Below are positions 39,514-43,801 of a stretch of 43,801 nt of DNA, in pieces. Each line of letters begins with the position of its first letter. Position 1 is the first letter of the stretch. This DNA comes from Roseibacillus sp. (GTDB lineage: Bacteria > Verrucomicrobiota > Verrucomicrobiia > Verrucomicrobiales > Akkermansiaceae), in the NCBI GenBank assembly GCA_965242925.1, contig CBDEUM010000027.1, positions 1 to 43,801 of the forward strand. The letters run 5' to 3'. Under the pieces are notes generated by a model. That model saw nothing but the letters and a program-made list of their open reading frames with translations, had not been told where the DNA came from and ran no database searches. Position numbers and translations under genes: made by a program.

Positions 39514-41187
39514 TTACTCGGGAAGCGGAAAGTCCTGGTTGAACGCAAAAACACGCGCGCGGATCTCTGCCAGTTTTTCCCCGTCGTCCCTGTTTTGAAT
39601 GGCCTCTGACATCAAGTCCGCCACCGACTCAAGATCGGCCTCTTTCATTCCGCGGGTGGTCACTGCAGGCGTACCCAACCGGATGCCGCTCGGCTTCATG
39701 GGCGAACCCGTGTCGAATGGAATAGCGTTCTTGTTGACCGTGATCCCTGCCGCATCGAGTGCCGCATCGGCCACGGTGCCGTCAAGTCCCAGGGGACGCA
39801 TGTCCACCAGCATGCTGTGGTTGTCCGTGCCTCCGGAGACGATCCGGAAGCCGTGCTCCCCCAGTCTTGCAGCCAGAGCCCGCGCATTGTTCACGACCTG
39901 CTCCTGATAGTCCCTGAAATCCGGTCGAAGCGCCTCCCCCAGGCAGACCGCCTTGGCCGCGATCACATGCATCAGCGGGCCACCCTGCACACCCGGAAAG
40001 ACCATCGAGTTGATCTTCTTTGCATATTCCTCCCGGCACAGGATCAGTCCACCGCGCGGGCCGCGCAGCGACTTGTGGGTAGTGGTGGTCACGAAATCCG
40101 CATGGGGAATCGGCGTCGGGTGCACGCCAGCGGCCACCAGACCGGCAATATGGGCCATATCCACGAAAAGGTAGGCCCCCATTTCCCTCGCGATCGTACC
40201 CATGCGCTCATAATCAACTACCCGCGAGTAGGCACTCGCCCCACAGGTTATGAGCTTCGGTTTCACCTCCGCGGCCACCGCAGCCAGTTGATCATAGTCA
40301 ATCTGCTCATTCTCCTGGCTCACGCCATAGTGCGTCACCTCGTAAAACTTACCCGAGAAATTCGCTTTGTGGCCGTGGGTAAGGTGGCCGCCATGGGCCA
40401 GGTCCATCGTAAGAATCCTGTCGCCCGGCTTGAGAAAGGCGAAATAGACCGCCGCGTTGGCCTGCGATCCGGAGTGAGGCTGTACGTTCACGTGCTCCGC
40501 ACCAAAGAGTTCCCTGGCCCGGTCAATTGCAAGCTGCTCGACGGCATCAACGTTTTCGCACCCTCCATACCACCGCCGTCCCGGATAACCTTCTGCATAC
40601 TTGTTGGTGAGAAGCGATCCCTGTGCTTCCAGGATCGCTCCGCTTACGAAGTTCTCCGAAGCGATCAATTCGACGTGATCCCGCTGGCGTCGGCCCTCTG
40701 CTTCCACCACCCCGAAGACTTCAGGGTCACTCACCGACAAGCGACTCCCCGACGCCTTGGCCACACGTTGAACATGGCGTCCCCCTTCAAATGACGTGCT
40801 GAGAAAGGCCTCTATAATTGCCACCGCATCCTCACCTGACATCTCTCTGGCGCCCAGGCAGGCAACATTCGAGTCGTTGTGGCCCCGCGTAACGGCTGCA
40901 TCTTCCGGCGAACACAGACGCGCGGCTCGCACACCCTTCACCCGGTTGGCCGCAATACTCATCCCGATGCCCGACTTGCATACGAGGACCCCAAAATCCG
41001 CCTTGCCCGCCGCCACGCTTCGCGCCACCGCGTTGGCAAAATCCGGATAATCCACTGAATCCGTGCTGTTTGTTCCATAATCAACCACTTTGTTGCCGAC
41101 TGCCCGGAGCGCCTCCATGATGGCACTCTTGACCTCCACCCCTCCATGGTCCGCTCCTATCGCAATTCGCAGAGTAGCGTTCTTCAT
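39514..41187 (-). CDS. glyA: Fused ribose-5-phosphate isomerase B and serine hydroxymethyltransferase
   Basis: aa 1-~146 RpiB ([33 protein letters not shown]), then SHMT ([43 protein letters not shown]-Lys motif [13 protein letters not shown]) in one stop-free frame. Confidence 0.96.
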   Translation of the reverse strand: MKNATLRIAIGADHGGVEVKSAIMEALRAVGNKVVDYGTNSTDSVDYPDFANAVARSVAAGKADFGVLVCKSGIGMSIAANRVKGVRAARLCSPEDAAVTRGHNDSNVACLGAREMSGEDAVAIIEAFLSTSFEGGRHVQRVAKASGSRLSVSDPEVFGVVEAEGRRQRDHVELIASENFVSGAILEAQGSLLTNKYAEGYPGRRWYGGCENVDAVEQLAIDRARELFGAEHVNVQPHSGSQANAAVYFAFLKPGDRILTMDLAHGGHLTHGHKANFSGKFYEVTHYGVSQENEQIDYDQLAAVAAEVKPKLITCGASAYSRVVDYERMGTIAREMGAYLFVDMAHIAGLVAAGVHPTPIPHADFVTTTTHKSLRGPRGGLILCREEYAKKINSMVFPGVQGGPLMHVIAAKAVCLGEALRPDFRDYQEQVVNNARALAARLGEHGFRIVSGGTDNHSMLVDMRPLGLDGTVADAALDAAGITVNKNAIPFDTGSPMKPSGIRLGTPAVTTRGMKEADLESVADLMSEAIQNRDDGEKLAEIRARVFAFNQDFPLPE

Positions 41188-41272
41188 CGGTAAGATTCAA
41201 TCCCTCGTCAGGACGGCCCATCCGTGACCGCTCTGGCCTCGAAACGCAATCGCGAAAACGAGTCGGGACCCC

Positions 41273-41758
41273 TTATTCTGCAGGCGGACCTTCCTCCGTC
41301 TGCAAAAACCCGAGAATCCCCTTGATAGCCAGATCCAGGCACACAGCCACCTTCTCGTAGGCCCGCCTGCCTCCACCGATGGGATCTGGTACGTCCCGAC
41401 CCACCTCCCCGTCAATATCCGCGAAATCGCAAGTAAGATGGAATTTGTCCCGTTGCTCGGGGTAGCGCGTTTCCAGGGTGTCCTGATGATCCCGCGTCAT
41501 GCAAAAGACATGGCTGGCGTGCTCAATGATCGTATCGTCCACCATGCGGCTCGCGAAACCGTCCAACTCGATCCCGCGTCCGGCAAGGACTTCCAGCGTT
41601 TCCAGGCTGGCGGACCCTCCGTCGTAGGCTGCAATCCCTGCCGAACTCACCATGAACCCGGCCTCCGTCCCTGCCACCCGGAACAAACCTTCCGCCATCG
41701 GACTGCGGCAGGTATTCCCCGTGCAGACGAAGAGCACATGGGGCTCAGTTTCGGACAT
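41273..41758 (-). CDS. Low-molecular-weight protein phosphatase, YwlE (protein-arginine phosphatase) type
   Basis: P-loop VLFVCTGNTCRSPMAE, SAG, and the acid loop DVPDPIGG. Confidence 0.88.
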   Translation of the reverse strand: MSETEPHVLFVCTGNTCRSPMAEGLFRVAGTEAGFMVSSAGIAAYDGGSASLETLEVLAGRGIELDGFASRMVDDTIIEHASHVFCMTRDHQDTLETRYPEQRDKFHLTCDFADIDGEVGRDVPDPIGGGRRAYEKVAVCLDLAIKGILGFLQTEEGPPAE

Positions 41759-41858
41759 GATGCAAGCTATGCCCTCCGTCCTTCGTCCCGTCAAACCAGC
41801 AATCCGCGACCCAATCTTCGATCGTACCGTTCCCGGAGATCCGCTACAGGAGATTCTC

Positions 41859-41893
41859 CATTAACATTGCATTACAAGATCATTAACAATGAT
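41859..41893. promoter_or_regulatory. Three direct repeats with 11-bp period in an AT-rich divergent promoter region
   Basis: CATTAACA (41859), CATTACAA (41870), CATTAACA (41881); overlapping inverted repeat ATCATT-aac-AATGAT (41879-41893). Confidence 0.5.
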
Positions 41894-41980
41894 TGATTGA
41901 AAAAGCACGAATTCCCCAGCGCTCTCTGGTCCACTTCACCTCACGAACCCTCAAAGACTTAATAGAACAATGAAGGGACC

Positions 41981-41989
41981 TGGTATCAT
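41981..41989 (+). promoter_or_regulatory. Candidate extended -10 element for the RodZ-like gene
   Basis: TG-g-TATCAT about 60 nt upstream of ATG 42050. Confidence 0.3.
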
Positions 41990-42049
41990 GCCCGACTCAG
42001 GACTCGCCTGTCTCCCCTTGCCAAACCTGTCTAATCAGCGAACCTTATC

Positions 42050-42814
42050 ATGATGAGCGAACGGTCCGATCTCGGAAACATCCTTCGCACCACCAGGGAG
42101 AGCCGTGGCTGGTCGATCGAGGATGTCTCGCATCGCACCCGGATTCCCGAGACCACCCTGCGCCAGCTGGAGAGAAACGACTACTCCAAGTTTTCCAGTC
42201 TGATCTACGCCAGGAGTTTCCTCGCACAATACTGCGATCACCTTGACATCGATGCGGTCGAATGCCTTGCCCGCTTTGAAACGGGAGATTCCCTGGCCAA
42301 CCTGGATACCTGTGGCTACCTCAAGGACCACGATGAGCGGGTGAACGTCCGCCCGCCCGTCATGAAACGACCCCGGAAGCGGAAGAAAAAGGTGCGCAAG
42401 GAGAAGCAGAAGGAACACAGGGAGAAGCAGGAAAGGAAGCAGGCTGTCTCCTCCCCCCGGCAACCTCTCGTGGTTTTCTCCATCACCTCTCTCCTCCTCA
42501 CCTGCGCAATCTTCGCCTTCATGAAACTGAGTGATACTCTTGAAGAAAAGGAATCCGTCGCCAGGGAAGAACCTGCCGAGACTCTTGGTGCCATCGGTGG
42601 CGCACCCATCCAGACTCCCGCCGGCCCCGATCTCTCTAACGTCCCGCGCGCCCTGCTGGTGACACCGGAAGGAGAAAGCTCTCTCGTAGCTGGTGAACCC
42701 GGAAGAACGGCGGGCATCGAGATCCTCAACGCCTCGCCCTCCTCGCAGGCAAACGTCCGCACCCAATTCTCTCTCGACAACCCACCCCCACGGGCTGTCA
42801 TCGTCGAAGAATAA
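42050..42814 (+). CDS. RodZ-like HTH membrane protein
   Basis: LGNILRTTRESRGWSIEDVSHRTRI...LERNDY...YARSFLAQYCDHL (HTH_25-like); K/R-rich juxtamembrane stretch; one TM; short periplasmic tail. Confidence 0.8.
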   Translation: MMSERSDLGNILRTTRESRGWSIEDVSHRTRIPETTLRQLERNDYSKFSSLIYARSFLAQYCDHLDIDAVECLARFETGDSLANLDTCGYLKDHDERVNVRPPVMKRPRKRKKKVRKEKQKEHREKQERKQAVSSPRQPLVVFSITSLLLTCAIFAFMKLSDTLEEKESVAREEPAETLGAIGGAPIQTPAGPDLSNVPRALLVTPEGESSLVAGEPGRTAGIEILNASPSSQANVRTQFSLDNPPPRAVIVEE

Positions 42815-42878
42815 TCCGGTGGAGGGGATCAAACCCCGCCTCTGGAGGCAGGAATGCTCCGAGCCTCCGCGTTCGTTC

Positions 42879-43801
42879 TCAACCTTCCGCCCGGAACAGC
42901 TCCAGAAACGGCGCAAGGAACCTCTCCGCCTTCACCGCTCCCACTCCCTTGATTCCCATGGCCTCCTCCTCCGTGGTGGGCCGGATCCGGGCAAGGTCCT
43001 CCAGGGTCTTATTGGAAAACACCCCGTAGGCCGGCAAACGGTGATCCTGTGCCAGGCTGGTTCGAAGATCCTTCAGGCGGGCATAGAGGACGGGATCAAC
43101 GGGCGCTGGTTCGTCCCCCGGTTCCATCCGTGCTGCCGAACTTTTCGCCGTGCTCTCCCGCAGGGTTTCGGGCCAGAGCAGGCTGTATTCGATTTTTCCC
43201 CTCATGGCCTGCTCCCCCTTCGGCGTAAGGGTGACCAGGGGATACTCACCCCGCTGTGTAACGAGAAGGTCTGCAGCGTGCAGGGAATGAAAAAGCTCAT
43301 TGAGAAAAGCCGTTCCCTTCCCTTTCAGGATCCCGTAGGTTGAAAGTTCGTGCAGGCGCACCCGCAGGATCTCCTGTGACTTGCTGCCAGTCAGCATCTG
43401 CACAATACGCCCCCGTCCAAAGATCCCCTCCCAGTCCTTGCCGACACGTCGGCTCATGCGTGCCACCCCACTCAGTACCTTGCGCACCACCAGATCCTCT
43501 GCCTCGGTCGGCGCACGCCGGTCCGTCCCGTAATCGCTACGGCATACGTCACAGGTCCCGCACTCACCAGGTTCCTCCTCACCGAAGTACTCCAGGATCG
43601 CCCGTTGACGACAACCTGCCCCGTAGCACAGCTCAACCATGGCCTGCAGTTTCCGCCGGTCGCGTCGGTCCTTCTCCTCCAGTGCAGCCCGGTCGATCTC
43701 CAGGCCACCGGCCTGCACCTCCGGATGCCGCACGCGCGTGCCACGTCGCCGCTGCCCCGGAACATCGAAGCGCTCAAGATAACCCGCACGCGCCAAAGCC
43801 G
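42879..43801 (-). CDS. recQ: RecQ-family DNA helicase, C-terminal part (5' partial; gene starts beyond the window)
   Basis: Zn-binding CRQRAILEYFGE...CGTCDVC; RQC FGRGRIVQMLTGSK...LSTYGIL; HRDC LYARLKDLR...PAYGVFSNKTL...IKGVG. Frame is open to the window edge. Confidence 0.9.
   Translation of the reverse strand, partial: ALARAGYLERFDVPGQRRRGTRVRHPEVQAGGLEIDRAALEEKDRRDRRKLQAMVELCYGAGCRQRAILEYFGEEEPGECGTCDVCRSDYGTDRRAPTEAEDLVVRKVLSGVARMSRRVGKDWEGIFGRGRIVQMLTGSKSQEILRVRLHELSTYGILKGKGTAFLNELFHSLHAADLLVTQRGEYPLVTLTPKGEQAMRGKIEYSLLWPETLRESTAKSSAARMEPGDEPAPVDPVLYARLKDLRTSLAQDHRLPAYGVFSNKTLEDLARIRPTTEEEAMGIKGVGAVKAERFLAPFLELFRAEG

Overview
A GC-rich bacterial chromosomal window with about 35 protein-coding genes. 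I see no rRNA, tRNA, CRISPR array or mobile element. The gene repertoire (PVC-type haem protein, secreted sulfatases, DUF1573, Zn-ribbon/Pro-rich membrane protein, C-rich start-codon contexts) suggests Verrucomicrobia; this is an inference. From left to right: a partial Kazal-repeat protein; pntB-pntA; a periplasmic carbohydrate/sulfate-ester cluster (Tat Gfo/Idh/MocA, mosaic glycoside-hydrolase-like protein, SGNH-like protein, CxxCH haem protein, two ThuA proteins, two sulfatases); an L,D-transpeptidase; two tandem GcvR-like ACT proteins; trpG, trpE and an MBL hydrolase; an AsmA-like protein, a yqjD/E/K-like trio, two PilT ATPases and a Zn-ribbon/Pro-rich membrane protein; an ECF sigma/anti-sigma operon; a flavodoxin-less CysJ-like reductase; an SH3 protein; an RpiB-GlyA fusion with a YwlE-type phosphatase; a RodZ-like gene; and a partial recQ. 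The best leads are a shared C-terminal P-x(1,2)-A-x-I-V-x-E motif on three unrelated envelope proteins, the multi-specificity Kazal array, the collapsed GH95/DUF5703-like mosaic, the PilT pair with its putative scaffold, and the RpiB-GlyA fusion. All family calls come from motifs recognised by eye; no database search was run.
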